Shown: in pieces, positions 29,661 to 40,158 of the stretch | Position numbering within the stretch: the first letter of the stretch is position 1 | Layout: the number at the start of each line of letters is the position of its first letter | Source of the DNA: Candidatus Levyibacteriota bacterium | GTDB lineage: Bacteria > Patescibacteriota > Microgenomatia > Levybacterales > UBA12049 | DNA: 64,000 nucleotides | Reading direction: 5' to 3' | Assembly: GCA_052034235.1 (NCBI GenBank) | Contig: JBPOIT010000009.1 | Span: 136,203-200,202 of the forward strand | The notes under the pieces: generated by a model | The model's input: the letters and a program-made list of their open reading frames with translations, nothing else | Databases searched by the model: none | What the model was told of the DNA's origin: nothing | Program-made: the position numbers and the translations under genes

Positions 29661-30239
29661 TCAACTTTTTGCACGAGATCGTAATCGCAAAATAGAGAAA
29701 ACGAGTACATTTAGTAAAACAATATAGAGGGGGAAGGCGTATGTTGCGAAGTTCCAATTGGAAATAGTTAAAAAGGTGATGATGGCACCTATTCCTGTAA
29801 TAAAATATGCTGCAGGGCTCTCTGTTTGGGGTGCTTTATAAGCTTTTACTACCGTTGGTATTGAAGCAAAGACATCCGCAATAAGGCTCAAAAGTATTGC
29901 AAGGACACCATCTTGTGTTATTTGCCACAAAATAAGCCCCACAATTGCAATTATTCCGCAAGAGTAATCAAAAAAGGTCAATTTCCATGCATTACCTTTA
30001 TGAAGGAAAGATGCTGCGAGTACTAATAATGGCCCTGCACCAATGGAAAATGAAAGGAATGCTTGTATTCCAACACCTTCACTTATTTGTGCTGCGAAAG
30101 CGATAAGTGGTGCTATTGCCCATATGAAAAAAGAAACCCTATTAGGTTTCACTGTACCTTTAATAGTCCCTACAAGATAGATAATTGTTGCAATCCAAAT
30201 AAGTGCAATTCCTAGGATTGCAAATGACTCAGGTAACAT
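29661..30239 (-). CDS. small multi-TM membrane protein (tandem paralog 1)
   Basis: 192 aa; KPNRVSFFIWAIAPLIAF shared with 30279-30866. Confidence 0.5.
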   Translation of the reverse strand: MLPESFAILGIALIWIATIIYLVGTIKGTVKPNRVSFFIWAIAPLIAFAAQISEGVGIQAFLSFSIGAGPLLVLAASFLHKGNAWKLTFFDYSCGIIAIVGLILWQITQDGVLAILLSLIADVFASIPTVVKAYKAPQTESPAAYFITGIGAIITFLTISNWNFATYAFPLYIVLLNVLVFSILRLRSRAKS

Positions 30240-30278
30240 AATAGCAATTGTACCGTAGATGAGTGTTGAAACATAGCG

Positions 30279-30866
30279 TTATTTCTTATTAAAGCGCAGA
30301 GAACCCCTAATAGTCAGAAGTCCGAATATTATTGTATTTATCAATATTAAATATAAAGGAAATCCATAAGTGGCAAAATCCCACGTGTTGATCGTTAAGA
30401 AAGTCAGAATGCCACCAATAGTTGCCAAAAAATAAGATTTCTTACTTTCCGTTTGAGGTGCTCTATACGCTTTAACCAGTGTTGGGAGAGCAGCAAATAC
30501 ATCAGCGACAATACTAAAAACAATTGCTATATTTCCAATTTGCGTAATTTGCCAAAAAATTAGACCGATAATTGCTAGTAAGCCGCAAAAATAATCCAAT
30601 AGTCCAAGTTCCCAAGCTTTGTTCTTATGAAGAAATGATGCAAGAAGAATTACCAGTGGGCCAAGACTTGCAGAAAAAGCCATAAAAGCATGGATGCCAA
30701 CACCTTGATCTATTTGAGCTGAAAATGCAATAAGTGGTGCTGCCGCCCATAACGAAAATGTTACCCTGTTTGGTTTGGCCTTACCTTTTATTGTGTCAAC
30801 AAGATAAACGACGTAGGATAATGAAATAATACTAACACCGATATATGCAAATAGTTCAGGCAGCAT
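30279..30866 (-). CDS. small multi-TM membrane protein (tandem paralog 2)
   Basis: 195 aa; KPNRVTFSLWAAAPLIAF; about 55% identical to its neighbour. Confidence 0.5.
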   Translation of the reverse strand: MLPELFAYIGVSIISLSYVVYLVDTIKGKAKPNRVTFSLWAAAPLIAFSAQIDQGVGIHAFMAFSASLGPLVILLASFLHKNKAWELGLLDYFCGLLAIIGLIFWQITQIGNIAIVFSIVADVFAALPTLVKAYRAPQTESKKSYFLATIGGILTFLTINTWDFATYGFPLYLILINTIIFGLLTIRGSLRFNKK

Positions 30867-30885
30867 TTACAAATTGTATCGTACT

Positions 30886-32550
30886 TTAGTTCTTTTTGAA
30901 AATGTAGACAGTAGGACGGTCAAAGACGTTTGCTGTTTGTTCATATCTGAAAGACGGACTTCCAAGGTATGTTATCTGACAAAATATATCGCATGGTGTT
31001 TCGTAAATCTTTTGAAAACCCAAGCTGCCATTGAAAAGTTGCGTGTAAAACGCATGGCCCTTTGGAAACCTCTCTTTTTGAAGCAGTCGAGATTTGATGA
31101 CTCGCTGACTTGGTAAAATTATATACTCTGCTTTCATCAGTTCGTCTTTTAATGTTTGTTCATTTGATTCAGGTGTATTGGTTTCAAGATCATAAAAATT
31201 ATATAGTTTAATGGTGGGAAAGAGGCTGTTAAACGGTACAATTCCCATATCATATACTTCGCTGAGTATATATGCATCTTTACTAATTTTTTTGTCAGCA
31301 TATGCTGCAGCCGCAATACGTGTATCTGGTCTCACAAAGGCGGTTATGAAATAAGAAAGAGCGAAAATGAAGCAGACAACTGTGCCTGTAGCAGCTCCAA
31401 CTGTCACAATGTTACGCTTCCAATGATGAACAGTGGTAGCTGTTGTCAGTGCTATTGCAATGATGAGATAGAGAAAGGGGAGAGTAGGGACCATATATCT
31501 TGTCCATTTAACAAAAAGAACTGCTTGTGTGGTAAGTAGAAAGCTAAAAAAGAGTATAAGGAATAAAAAGGGGAGTCGTTTAGATTTTTTTACGGCATAG
31601 AGAATATAGACGAAAGAGGGGAGTGCAAAAAGAAAAATAAGAGGATTAATAAGAAATGGATAGACATTTTGCATTTGAAATAGAAAGGGGATAGTGTCAA
31701 AAAATTCACCTGTGTAAAAGACTGGCAAGCTCCCAAGAGCAAGTTCAGATTCATACTTGATACTATCTGTGTATGCTTTTTGGTCAAGCTGCACATAAGG
31801 GTTGGTGACAAAATAAACGGTTATTGCAATAACGGTAAAAAGCATAAGATTTTTTGTTGCATGGATAAGCCCGTGCATCAGCATCCATGCTTTAATTTTT
31901 GTTTTGCGGTGAGGGGGAATGTGCCGAATAAGGATGGCTAGAAGTGGTAATGGGAGAAGGACAAGTGATGAAATTTTGGTGGCAATAAGTATGCCAAAAA
32001 ACAACCCAATAAGCATAACAAACCAAAACGATTTTTTTTGAGCAGTTTTCACACATGCCCAAAACAGCAACACGCTGAAAAAAGTTAACCACATTTCAAA
32101 AGTTCCAAAATGCGCAAATTGAATAAATCCAACACTTGTTGTTGCTAAAAATGCTGCAATAATGCCAGTTTTTTCATCTTTAAATGATTTGCCTAGAAAA
32201 AATAACAGGGGAATCAGCAAAGTAGAGAAGAGGGCAGAGTAAAAACGACTTATAAGAAGAGCCTGTGAAAAATCAACAACTGACTTTTCACAAGAAGCCC
32301 ATAATAATTGGCACGGAGCGACGAAGTCTGCTAATAGGCCTGTATAATAGATCGTATAGATTGGCAAAGACCCATAGGCAAAGAATTTTGGGTTCATTGC
32401 TTCAGGAAAACGCAATTGCGATACGCTTGAAGCTATATTTCGTTCATCTGGGTGGAAATAAAGCGGTGCTCCCCAGTTGAGGTTATAGAAGTGCAAAAAA
32501 GCTCCGAATACAGTCAAAAAAAATACGAAAAGCGTTATACGATTAGGCAT
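30886..32550 (-). CDS. GT-C-like membrane glycosyltransferase (HPDER-motif family, paralog B)
   Basis: YFHPDERNIAS...NPKFFAYGSLPIY; ORF-track start 32571 is GTG, ATG at 32550 preferred. Confidence 0.6.
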   Translation of the reverse strand: MPNRITLFVFFLTVFGAFLHFYNLNWGAPLYFHPDERNIASSVSQLRFPEAMNPKFFAYGSLPIYTIYYTGLLADFVAPCQLLWASCEKSVVDFSQALLISRFYSALFSTLLIPLLFFLGKSFKDEKTGIIAAFLATTSVGFIQFAHFGTFEMWLTFFSVLLFWACVKTAQKKSFWFVMLIGLFFGILIATKISSLVLLPLPLLAILIRHIPPHRKTKIKAWMLMHGLIHATKNLMLFTVIAITVYFVTNPYVQLDQKAYTDSIKYESELALGSLPVFYTGEFFDTIPFLFQMQNVYPFLINPLIFLFALPSFVYILYAVKKSKRLPFLFLILFFSFLLTTQAVLFVKWTRYMVPTLPFLYLIIAIALTTATTVHHWKRNIVTVGAATGTVVCFIFALSYFITAFVRPDTRIAAAAYADKKISKDAYILSEVYDMGIVPFNSLFPTIKLYNFYDLETNTPESNEQTLKDELMKAEYIILPSQRVIKSRLLQKERFPKGHAFYTQLFNGSLGFQKIYETPCDIFCQITYLGSPSFRYEQTANVFDRPTVYIFKKN

Positions 32551-32553
32551 AAA

Positions 32554-32624
32554 TGATATAGTTAGATACACATATTAGAGTTTGATAGAGTCGGGAAATG
32601 TGGATAACTTTGATATAGTTAGAT
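32554..32624. repeat. two copies of the 12-mer ATATAGTTAGAT (32556-32567, 32613-32624) in a promoter region
   Basis: Exact 12-mer repeated within 57 nt; third copy at 39399-39410. Confidence 0.5.
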
Positions 32625-32734
32625 CATGTAAATTGACCCACAAACGCCATCAGCTCCAAAAGTTCGAAATTTACAGATTTTGCTTATTTAATTACATAAT
32701 TAATTACTAAAAAATCAAAAAGATTATAAAATTG

Positions 32735-34018
32735 TCACAATTCACCCAATATTTTTTTTGTAACAGTCTCCCCCAGTTGTACTGCATAATTGGTCCCCCG
32801 GTCCCACGGATAAACCTGTTCCATATTGGCTAGAAACACGTTTTTAAGGGGGGTCTCCATGGGTGGTATCATTTTGGAGTAATTTCTAGGAATTATAGGT
32901 TGTGCAAATGGTGCTTTGAATAATTCTGAGGCTATCAAATGCTTTTTATATTCAGGATTGAGCTTCATAAGGAAAGGATGATAGAGTTTCAAAACGTCGT
33001 TTTTTTCCATAGCAAATCTTTCTGAATCAGCTGGCATATAATTGCCTAAGTAGAGCAATGTTTCATTATTATAATGAGCTTTATCCATGAAATTTGTATG
33101 TTCTACTACTGCCATAACTGGAGACGTGGGATCACAAACACTTAGCCAATATGATCCATCTTTGAAAAAAGGTTTTTTTAGTCTGAGGACTAAATTTGTT
33201 GCACCAAGTCCCCTGCGATTTTTAAACTTCTGTTTATAACTTTCTGGTAATTGAGGAGCCGCTTTGAGAAAAAGTACTGATGGCAATGTAAATATGACTT
33301 TATCAAAAGTTTGAGTTTTTAGCTTATTTTTAGTTCTAAATGTTACCGAAAGTGTTTTATTTTCTTTTACTTCAACAAGTTCTGTATTAAAAAGGAAGAC
33401 TCCGTTTTGTTTTTCTATCTCCCCTACCAAATGAGTTGCAAACTCCAGGAACCCACCTTCAGGATATGCAAGTGATGGTGTTCTTTTGGTAATGCGTGCC
33501 CAAAACCATGCAAGAGAGATATCTGCAGCTGCCTCACCGAATTTATTGTGAAAGAGAGGTTTCCAAATTAAATTGTACGCTCTCTCCCCCATTGCCTTTG
33601 GCAAAACCTCAGCAGCGTTAAGTTTCTCAAGAGGCTTCCAGAAAGGATTGTAACGAAGCACGCCTATTGCAGCAGCCATGCGGAGTCTATCGACAACTGG
33701 CAGTTTTGGAAATGTCAGGACGTCAACTGGTGAGTCAAATTTATAAATAGAGCCGTCCACATAAGATGATGTTTTCGGGCGTTTTATAAGTACGTTATGA
33801 TTGATTTCTCGGGCTAAATTTAAAACATCAGCATCGTTTGTAAACCAATGATGGTAGTGCTTTTCAAGACTCCAGTTCCATTCTTTTTCTTTATACCCAA
33901 TTGCCAGGCCACCCGGCATAGCATCTTTTTCAAAAATTGTTACATTGTGCCCTTTTTTTGTGAGCTGATAAGCTGCAGAAAGTCCGGTAAAACCGGCTCC
34001 AATAATTGCAATATTCAT
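32735..34018 (-). CDS. FAD-dependent flavoprotein, UDP-galactopyranose mutase-like
   Basis: 427 aa; IAIIGAGFTGLSAAYQL...GGLA dinucleotide fold; HHWFTNDADV resembles the Glf HIFHTND motif. Confidence 0.5.
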   Translation of the reverse strand: MNIAIIGAGFTGLSAAYQLTKKGHNVTIFEKDAMPGGLAIGYKEKEWNWSLEKHYHHWFTNDADVLNLAREINHNVLIKRPKTSSYVDGSIYKFDSPVDVLTFPKLPVVDRLRMAAAIGVLRYNPFWKPLEKLNAAEVLPKAMGERAYNLIWKPLFHNKFGEAAADISLAWFWARITKRTPSLAYPEGGFLEFATHLVGEIEKQNGVFLFNTELVEVKENKTLSVTFRTKNKLKTQTFDKVIFTLPSVLFLKAAPQLPESYKQKFKNRRGLGATNLVLRLKKPFFKDGSYWLSVCDPTSPVMAVVEHTNFMDKAHYNNETLLYLGNYMPADSERFAMEKNDVLKLYHPFLMKLNPEYKKHLIASELFKAPFAQPIIPRNYSKMIPPMETPLKNVFLANMEQVYPWDRGTNYAVQLGETVTKKILGEL

Positions 34019-34069
34019 AATTTTACAGTTTCTAGTATTTTTTACCGTCCGTCAAGATGCTTATTTTAC

Positions 34070-35452
34070 TTATATGAAGAAAAATAATAACGTCCCTACC
34101 CCAGCGGTAATAAGTATTCCGACAAAACCAAGAATCCAGGTTGAACTTCCAGAGTTTGGAACCGGTGGATTGCCAGATGGGATTGTCGGCTGTGGTGAAA
34201 GATCAGCTGGTATCGGTGTGCTCGATATGACTATCGTGGGGGTTGGCTGAGCCACTGTCGGCGAAGGTGCTGTTGTCGCTGACGGGGATGCCATAACAGG
34301 GGTTGGCAATACTGGAGGAGATATTGATGGTTCTATAAATTGACTACCTTCAGCATAGACGGTGAACGATTGTGAAATAGACTGCAGTATTCCTTCTGTA
34401 TCTGGTGATTTAATAGTAATGGTATGTTTCCCTGGAGTGATTGGTAGTGTTGGTTGGAATTCCCAATTACCATTAGCATCCGACTGAAGTGTTGCTTCAA
34501 TGGTTGTCTCTGATTCTATAGTGATGACTACCTCTTTTTCAGGGAGGGCTTTACCGCTAAAGACAGGTTGCGGATCAGTAAACGTTTGATCTTCTTTGGG
34601 CACGCTGATGACGGGTGATGTTACCTGCTGCGTATCTACTGGGATAGGAAGATCGAGTACAGGCTCTGCTGATTCTGTTGCGTCTGTTTCACCTACTGCA
34701 ATTGAAAAATCATAATTTTTAGAGAGAACCATGAGCGGTGCTGGGTTTGCTTGTCCGGCTAGAACCACAGCGTCTGATTGCTGATTTGTGTCCACAACTT
34801 TGATAGAAAGCTTAGTTTCAGGGGTAATTGGTTCCCAAGATGATAAATCTTTACTGCGGAGTTTATCCACCGGTAATTCATAACTACCGTCAGGGCCGAG
34901 TAATGCTGTCACAATTTGCGAAGTTGGTGTCGAGATCATGGCAATGCCTTCAATTGGAATCGACCCATCGTCTCTTGTCACTTGCCCTTTTACCGGCTGC
35001 AACGAGGTTAGTTGAGCGTTGAGTGTGGGCGCAGTGGTTACTTCGTAGAGTTGTTCATTGTTTTTGTAAGTTGTTCCTCCAGAAGAAATTTCAAAAACAT
35101 ACTTCGAACCTGGGGTGAGGTTTCGTATCGTGATATGGTGGATACGATGTTGATTAGCTTTATTCATTATTTGGTCGCGGTCATCGAGTCCGATATTGCC
35201 AAGAGTATTATTGGTTCCATACCCTACTGAACCAATCACAGGATCAATCGTCTGGTAGGTTATTGAAAATGATGTATCGGTGATGTTTGTGACTTGTATA
35301 TTCTTTGGTTCTGCCCCAGCGGCAGCCTTGGTACTAAAGAGAACCACATTGCTTGTTAACCAAGAAATAGTTAAAAGGAGTGCCATAACAAGTACCAGTC
35401 CAGAAAATGGTGGTAAGTGTTTTTCCCAAATAGTGTTCGTATTATTTTTCAT
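34070..35452 (-). CDS. cell-surface protein with Fn3/Ig-like domains, a Pro-rich stalk and a C-terminal TM anchor
   Basis: 460 aa; N-terminal signal/TM, NIQVTNITDTSFSITYQT Fn3-like, P/T-rich region, C-terminal hydrophobic ILGFVGILITAGVGTLLFFFI. Confidence 0.55.
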   Translation of the reverse strand: MKNNTNTIWEKHLPPFSGLVLVMALLLTISWLTSNVVLFSTKAAAGAEPKNIQVTNITDTSFSITYQTIDPVIGSVGYGTNNTLGNIGLDDRDQIMNKANQHRIHHITIRNLTPGSKYVFEISSGGTTYKNNEQLYEVTTAPTLNAQLTSLQPVKGQVTRDDGSIPIEGIAMISTPTSQIVTALLGPDGSYELPVDKLRSKDLSSWEPITPETKLSIKVVDTNQQSDAVVLAGQANPAPLMVLSKNYDFSIAVGETDATESAEPVLDLPIPVDTQQVTSPVISVPKEDQTFTDPQPVFSGKALPEKEVVITIESETTIEATLQSDANGNWEFQPTLPITPGKHTITIKSPDTEGILQSISQSFTVYAEGSQFIEPSISPPVLPTPVMASPSATTAPSPTVAQPTPTIVISSTPIPADLSPQPTIPSGNPPVPNSGSSTWILGFVGILITAGVGTLLFFFI

Positions 35453-35814
35453 TCGCCTTGTACTGTAATAGGTATATCGATTTCAGGATTGGGCAACTGT
35501 GTTGGCGCCGGTTGTGTTTCATTCGTTGTTTCGTTTGGTGATAAGCTTTGTGCTGCTATTGTAGGTGTTGGCACAGCAGCTGCTTTGCCCGACAAATTTG
35601 TGATCGGTTGTACTTGTCTTCGTGTTTTCAATGTCTGTATCGTTGCCATATCAAATTCCGGTTGAATAGGTATAATTTGTATTTGCAGCTCAGGTGTAAT
35701 TGTTGTTGTGACGTAAGAATGATAGATATTAAAACCAACCCAAGCCACAACGACAATAAATGATGATATCGATAAGAAAAGTATATCTTTGATTGTTGAT
35801 GGTTTCTTTTTCAT
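35449..35814 (-). CDS. small bitopic membrane protein in the pilNO operon (PilP-like position)
   Basis: 121 aa with an N-terminal TM. Confidence 0.4.
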   Translation of the reverse strand: MKKKPSTIKDILFLSISSFIVVVAWVGFNIYHSYVTTTITPELQIQIIPIQPEFDMATIQTLKTRRQVQPITNLSGKAAAVPTPTIAAQSLSPNETTNETQPAPTQLPNPEIDIPITVQGE

Positions 35815-35818
35815 ACTG

Positions 35819-36478
35819 TTACGGTTTGAAATACTGTCTGCCGCGAATGTTTAATACAAGCTCTTCTGTTCGGGTGTCTCTACTAATTGAAATTGCTTCA
35901 ACAGTTACGATTCTATTAAAGGATGTTAATTTCTCAGCAAGTGCAATCATATTCTCGTACGTTCCTGATGCTTCTAAATTAAAAACATACGATAATCCGT
36001 TCGGACTTGCAGGGACTGTACTGCTCGTGAGTGATACCTCGGCAATACGTAAATTTCTTACATTCAAATTTGATTCTGCAGCTAACGTGTGAATTTGACC
36101 TGTGAGCTTGGTTGCTGCTGCTTCTTTCGGAATCGCCTCCTCTACAATTTGCAGTTCAGAGTGCAAGGTCGTATATTTTTGCTGCAGGTTTGAAAGATTG
36201 GTAATCTTTGCTGTCAGTTTTTGATGGGTAAACTCGCTATCATCAAGCTGTTTTTGCAGTTCAATAATTGTGGTTAAAGTGGGATTGATTGCAAATAGTC
36301 CGAAAAATGAAAGTGCAAAAAAAGTGAGAATGAGCGTTATTGCAAGGCGCGTGTTTTCCTTACGCATATCAGGCAAAATTTTTAGGTATTGCCGATATTT
36401 GCTGTTTGATAAATTTTCGAAATAATTTGACGGTAATTTCATACTGTTATTGTGCCGGTAACGGCGCAGTGACGACAC
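35819..36478 (-). CDS. pilO: type IV pilus assembly protein PilO-like
   Basis: 219 aa; N-terminal TM, coiled coil, C-terminal ferredoxin-like domain; downstream of pilN. Confidence 0.55.
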   Translation of the reverse strand: MSSLRRYRHNNSMKLPSNYFENLSNSKYRQYLKILPDMRKENTRLAITLILTFFALSFFGLFAINPTLTTIIELQKQLDDSEFTHQKLTAKITNLSNLQQKYTTLHSELQIVEEAIPKEAAATKLTGQIHTLAAESNLNVRNLRIAEVSLTSSTVPASPNGLSYVFNLEASGTYENMIALAEKLTSFNRIVTVEAISISRDTRTEELVLNIRGRQYFKP

Positions 36479-37055
36479 CGGGTGTTGGGCTTACATCTGT
36501 TTGCAAAATAGCTGGAGGAGTCTTTAGTTTGGCGCTGATAATAACGACAACGGTAGAAGTTGTTGCTTTGTTTTCAACTTTATCGACACTCACATCAGTG
36601 ACTTCCGGATGTTTTTTGAGTGCATCGGTAAATTGCGAAAGCGCGCTCGCAGAGGGTGCAACCGCTTCAATTTTTATTGCATCAAGCGTCACAAAGAGGC
36701 TACGAAATGTAATTTTCCCTCGTCCTAATTCAGCAATATCTTTAAAAACAGTCACGGCAGGATTTGTTTCTCCATACACTTTTGCCATCGCAAGCCGTGA
36801 TTGCAGATTTCGGAATTCAGCTTCCTGATTGGCAAAATTTTCAATAATAAAACTTTCTGCTTTGATCTGGTCATGCAGGTCAACAATTTTCATGTCCAGG
36901 TTAAACCGATATAAAAATGTTCCTAAAGCGAGCGTTTCAACAAGAATGATTAGTAAACGCCCAACGGTTAAAGACCAGTTAAGAAATTGTGTAACGAGGC
37001 CGCCTTCTTTTCCGGGTAGTAGATTGATAGACTTCTTTTCGTTAGCCATAGCCAT
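36447..37055 (-). CDS. pilN: type IV pilus assembly protein PilN-like
   Basis: KKSINLLP N-terminal signature plus TM and coiled coil; internal start MAMANEKK at 37055 preferred over ORF-track 37118. Confidence 0.6.
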   Translation of the reverse strand: MAMANEKKSINLLPGKEGGLVTQFLNWSLTVGRLLIILVETLALGTFLYRFNLDMKIVDLHDQIKAESFIIENFANQEAEFRNLQSRLAMAKVYGETNPAVTVFKDIAELGRGKITFRSLFVTLDAIKIEAVAPSASALSQFTDALKKHPEVTDVSVDKVENKATTSTVVVIISAKLKTPPAILQTDVSPTPGVVTAPLPAQ

Positions 37056-37185
37056 AAAGCCGTCGTTGGGTACAACACGGCTTAATTCTAGTCTATGGTT
37101 TTTAGGATGAAAAGTCAAAGCAAAATTAGCCGTGAAAAAATGAAAGACTTTTCTTCTGAAAGGTCTTGTGTTATACTCTGTTAAA

Positions 37186-37217
37186 TCCCTACCTAACTAG
37201 GGATGTTTTCTTTTCTT
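37186..37217 (+). promoter_or_regulatory. leader hairpin TCCCTA-cctaac-TAGGGA plus U-rich tract immediately 5' of the fusA start codon
   Basis: Seen directly; an extended -10 TGtTATACT lies about 20 nt upstream. Confidence 0.4.
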
Positions 37218-39356
37218 ATGGCAGACGACAAAAAATCACGAATCTATCCACTCGACCGTATCCGAAATATCGGTATTATTGCGCATATTGACGCGGGCAA
37301 AACCACCACAACTGAGCGTATTCTTTTTTACACTGGCCGAACCTACAAAATTGGCGATATTGATGAAGGCAACACGCAGATGGACTGGATGGATCAAGAA
37401 AAAGAGCGTGGTATTACCATCGTTTCCGCGGCAACAACAGCTTTCTGGACACCTCGAACAGGCCTTTTTGAAGGTCTAGACACAAGATTTAACATTATTG
37501 ATACTCCTGGACACGTCGATTTTACAGCTGAAGTTGAACGTTCACTCCGTGTGCTTGATGGTGGTGTTACTGTGCTTGATGCTGAAGAAGGTGTGCAATC
37601 TCAGTCTGAAACTGTTTGGCGCCAAGCAGATAAATACAAAGTTCCACGTATTTGTTTTGTTAACAAAATGGACAAACTCGGTGCGAACTTTCTGCAGACG
37701 GTTAAAAGTGTCGAGGACAGACTCGGTGCAAATCCAGCAATCATGGTCCTTCCAATCGGTGCTGAAAATACCTACGAAGGAAATGTCGATTTGCTGACAC
37801 GCCAATCATTTATCTGGGGTTCAGATGAACTTGGTGCTAAATACGAGGTTAAAGATGAAGTTCCTGAAGATATGAAAGCTCAGGTAGAAGAATACCGCAG
37901 TAAATTGATTGAAAAAATTGCAGAAACAGATGACACGCTTCTTGAAAAATATCTGAGTGGAGAAGAACCAACAGTTGAAGAATTGAGAAAAGCACTTCGC
38001 GCTGCAGTTATCGCATACAAACTCGTTCCTATGTATGCAGGCACATCACTTCGCAACAAAGGAGTGCAGCCACTTCTCGATGCGATTGTTGACTATCTCC
38101 CCTCCCCTCAAGATTTGGATGATGTTAAGGGCTTGAATCCAAAAACTGAAGCCGAAGAAACACGAAAACTTATTACAGAGGAATCATTCTCAGGATTGGC
38201 ATTTAAAATTCAAAACGATCCACACGTTGGAAAGCTTGCATACTTCCGTGTCTATTCAGGGAAGATTATCGCAGGATCCTATGTGTATAATGCCAACAAA
38301 GGTGTTAAAGAGCGTGTCGGACGTCTTTTAATGATGCATGCAAATGATCGTGAAGAAATTAAAGAGGCATATGCTGGTGAAATCGTAGCTATTGTTGGTC
38401 TGAAAGATACGATTACTGGTGACACCCTCTGTGATGAAGCAAAACCAATTGTCCTTGAACAGATTACCTTCCCTGAACCAGTTATTTCACTTGCGATTGA
38501 ACCAAAAACAAAATCAGATCAGGAAAAACTGGGATACGCACTGAAGAGACTACAAGAAGAAGATCCGACCTTTAGAGTCAAAACTAATCATGAAACTAGT
38601 CAAACTATTATTTCAGGTATCGGTGAACTCCAACTTGAAATCATGGTTGATCGTATGAAGCGTGAATTCAATGTTGAAGCAAATGTTGGTGCACCGCAAG
38701 TTGCATATAAAGAAACAATTGAACGTATGGCTGAAGCTGAAGGTAAATACATCAAACAGTCAGGCGGACGTGGTCAATATGGTCACTGCTGGCTTAGAGT
38801 CGAACCAAAACCACGAGGTGAAGGTTATGAATTTGTCGATGCTATCAAAGGTGGCGCGATTCCTGCAGAATTTATAAAAGCTATTGAAAAAGGTGTGAAA
38901 GAAACACTTGAAAACGGTGTGCTTTTGGGTTATCCGCTCATTGACGTTGCTACGACTTGTTATGATGGTTCATATCATGACGTTGACTCAAGTGAAATTG
39001 CCTTTAAAATTGCTGCAAGTCAGGCTATTCAAGCAGCAACCAAAAAAGCAGGCATTTCTCTACTTGAACCTATCATGAAAGTTGAAATCACTACACCAAG
39101 TGAATACATGGGAGAAGTTATGGGTGATATCTCATCCAAACGTGCACAAATCAGCGGCAGTGAAGAACGTGGTAACGCTACCATCATTCTCGCTCTGGTC
39201 CCACTGTCAGAACTTTCAGGATACGCAACACAGCTCAGATCTCTCACCAAGGGTCGTGCAAGTTACTACATGGAACCAAGTCACTACGAAGCAGTTCCAA
39301 AGAACATCGTAGAGGCTATGGTAGCCAAATCAACCTTTACCGGACGTGTTGAATAA
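37218..39356 (+). CDS. fusA: elongation factor G
   Basis: [16 protein letters not shown]-domain and full-length EF-G; second ATG (MADDKK) preferred because the first ATG at 37203 sits in the hairpin. Confidence 0.95.
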   Translation: MADDKKSRIYPLDRIRNIGIIAHIDAGKTTTTERILFYTGRTYKIGDIDEGNTQMDWMDQEKERGITIVSAATTAFWTPRTGLFEGLDTRFNIIDTPGHVDFTAEVERSLRVLDGGVTVLDAEEGVQSQSETVWRQADKYKVPRICFVNKMDKLGANFLQTVKSVEDRLGANPAIMVLPIGAENTYEGNVDLLTRQSFIWGSDELGAKYEVKDEVPEDMKAQVEEYRSKLIEKIAETDDTLLEKYLSGEEPTVEELRKALRAAVIAYKLVPMYAGTSLRNKGVQPLLDAIVDYLPSPQDLDDVKGLNPKTEAEETRKLITEESFSGLAFKIQNDPHVGKLAYFRVYSGKIIAGSYVYNANKGVKERVGRLLMMHANDREEIKEAYAGEIVAIVGLKDTITGDTLCDEAKPIVLEQITFPEPVISLAIEPKTKSDQEKLGYALKRLQEEDPTFRVKTNHETSQTIISGIGELQLEIMVDRMKREFNVEANVGAPQVAYKETIERMAEAEGKYIKQSGGRGQYGHCWLRVEPKPRGEGYEFVDAIKGGAIPAEFIKAIEKGVKETLENGVLLGYPLIDVATTCYDGSYHDVDSSEIAFKIAASQAIQAATKKAGISLLEPIMKVEITTPSEYMGEVMGDISSKRAQISGSEERGNATIILALVPLSELSGYATQLRSLTKGRASYYMEPSHYEAVPKNIVEAMVAKSTFTGRVE

Positions 39357-39398
39357 TCCTTGTCAATATCCTCGTTGACAAAAAAAACCCTCTAGAGT

Positions 39399-39410
39399 AT
39401 ATAGTTAGAT
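39399..39410 (+). repeat. third copy of the 12-mer ATATAGTTAGAT, 2 nt upstream of the 39413 start codon
   Basis: Exact match to 32556-32567 and 32613-32624. Confidence 0.5.
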
Positions 39411-39412
39411 AA

Positions 39413-40120
39413 ATGAAAAAAGTACATTGGATTTTTTCTGGGCTTTCATTGGTAATTATTTTACTTTCACTTAATCGTTTAACTCCTTTTACTGCAGATT
39501 ATTTACAACCATTTGAATTTTTACGTTGGTTGGATTTTAACGCAATGATCCCTATTCCCCTACTGAGTGTGGTTTTATATTTTCTTTTAAAGAGGGAAGT
39601 CGTCTATGACTCTGCGTTTCGTAAATCTCTTACCTATACAGTTTTAAGTGCACTTTTTATTGTGGGCGTTTATTTTTTTGGTGCCGGCTCTGGAACTCAT
39701 GAAGTAACAAATTATCTCAATAGCAGGTTCTGTCTGGGGGAAGCAACGTCTAGTCTGTGTAACATTATCAGCTATAACGATGATATATTTAGCCATTATG
39801 TTTATTACATAGGCTTTCTCCTTCTTAATGTTTCCCTTATCCTCATGGAATTTTCAATGCCGAGGAAAACTGATATGCGGCGTATCGATTTTGCGCTTAT
39901 TTGTGTCAATGCGCTTTTTATCGCTTTTGGAATTTTCGCGAACTTAGCTTTTGAAGAGATAGGTTTTGATCTGTACTTTTTTGCAGTAGTAATGCTTCTT
40001 ACCCACTGGATACTTATCTGGGGTAGAAAACCCTTCTCACTGCTTCCTGTTACGTTTTATTTTGCTGTTGCGTACACGTTGGGTGTTATAGGTACCATAT
40101 TTTATAAAATTAATTCTTAA
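39413..40120 (+). CDS. polytopic membrane protein, unknown function
   Basis: 235 aa, about 7 hydrophobic segments. Confidence 0.5.
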   Translation: MKKVHWIFSGLSLVIILLSLNRLTPFTADYLQPFEFLRWLDFNAMIPIPLLSVVLYFLLKREVVYDSAFRKSLTYTVLSALFIVGVYFFGAGSGTHEVTNYLNSRFCLGEATSSLCNIISYNDDIFSHYVYYIGFLLLNVSLILMEFSMPRKTDMRRIDFALICVNALFIAFGIFANLAFEEIGFDLYFFAVVMLLTHWILIWGRKPFSLLPVTFYFAVAYTLGVIGTIFYKINS

Positions 40121-40158
40121 GGGATTGAAAAAAAGAGAAAAAGGAGTATGATTACTAC

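Noticed and set aside
39357-39395. Hairpin TTGTCAA-tatcctcg-TTGACAA followed by an A8 run after fusA
   Set aside because: Hairpin plus A-tract is not a canonical intrinsic terminator for the plus-strand fusA, as a U-tract is required. It may be incidental or a weak bidirectional element.
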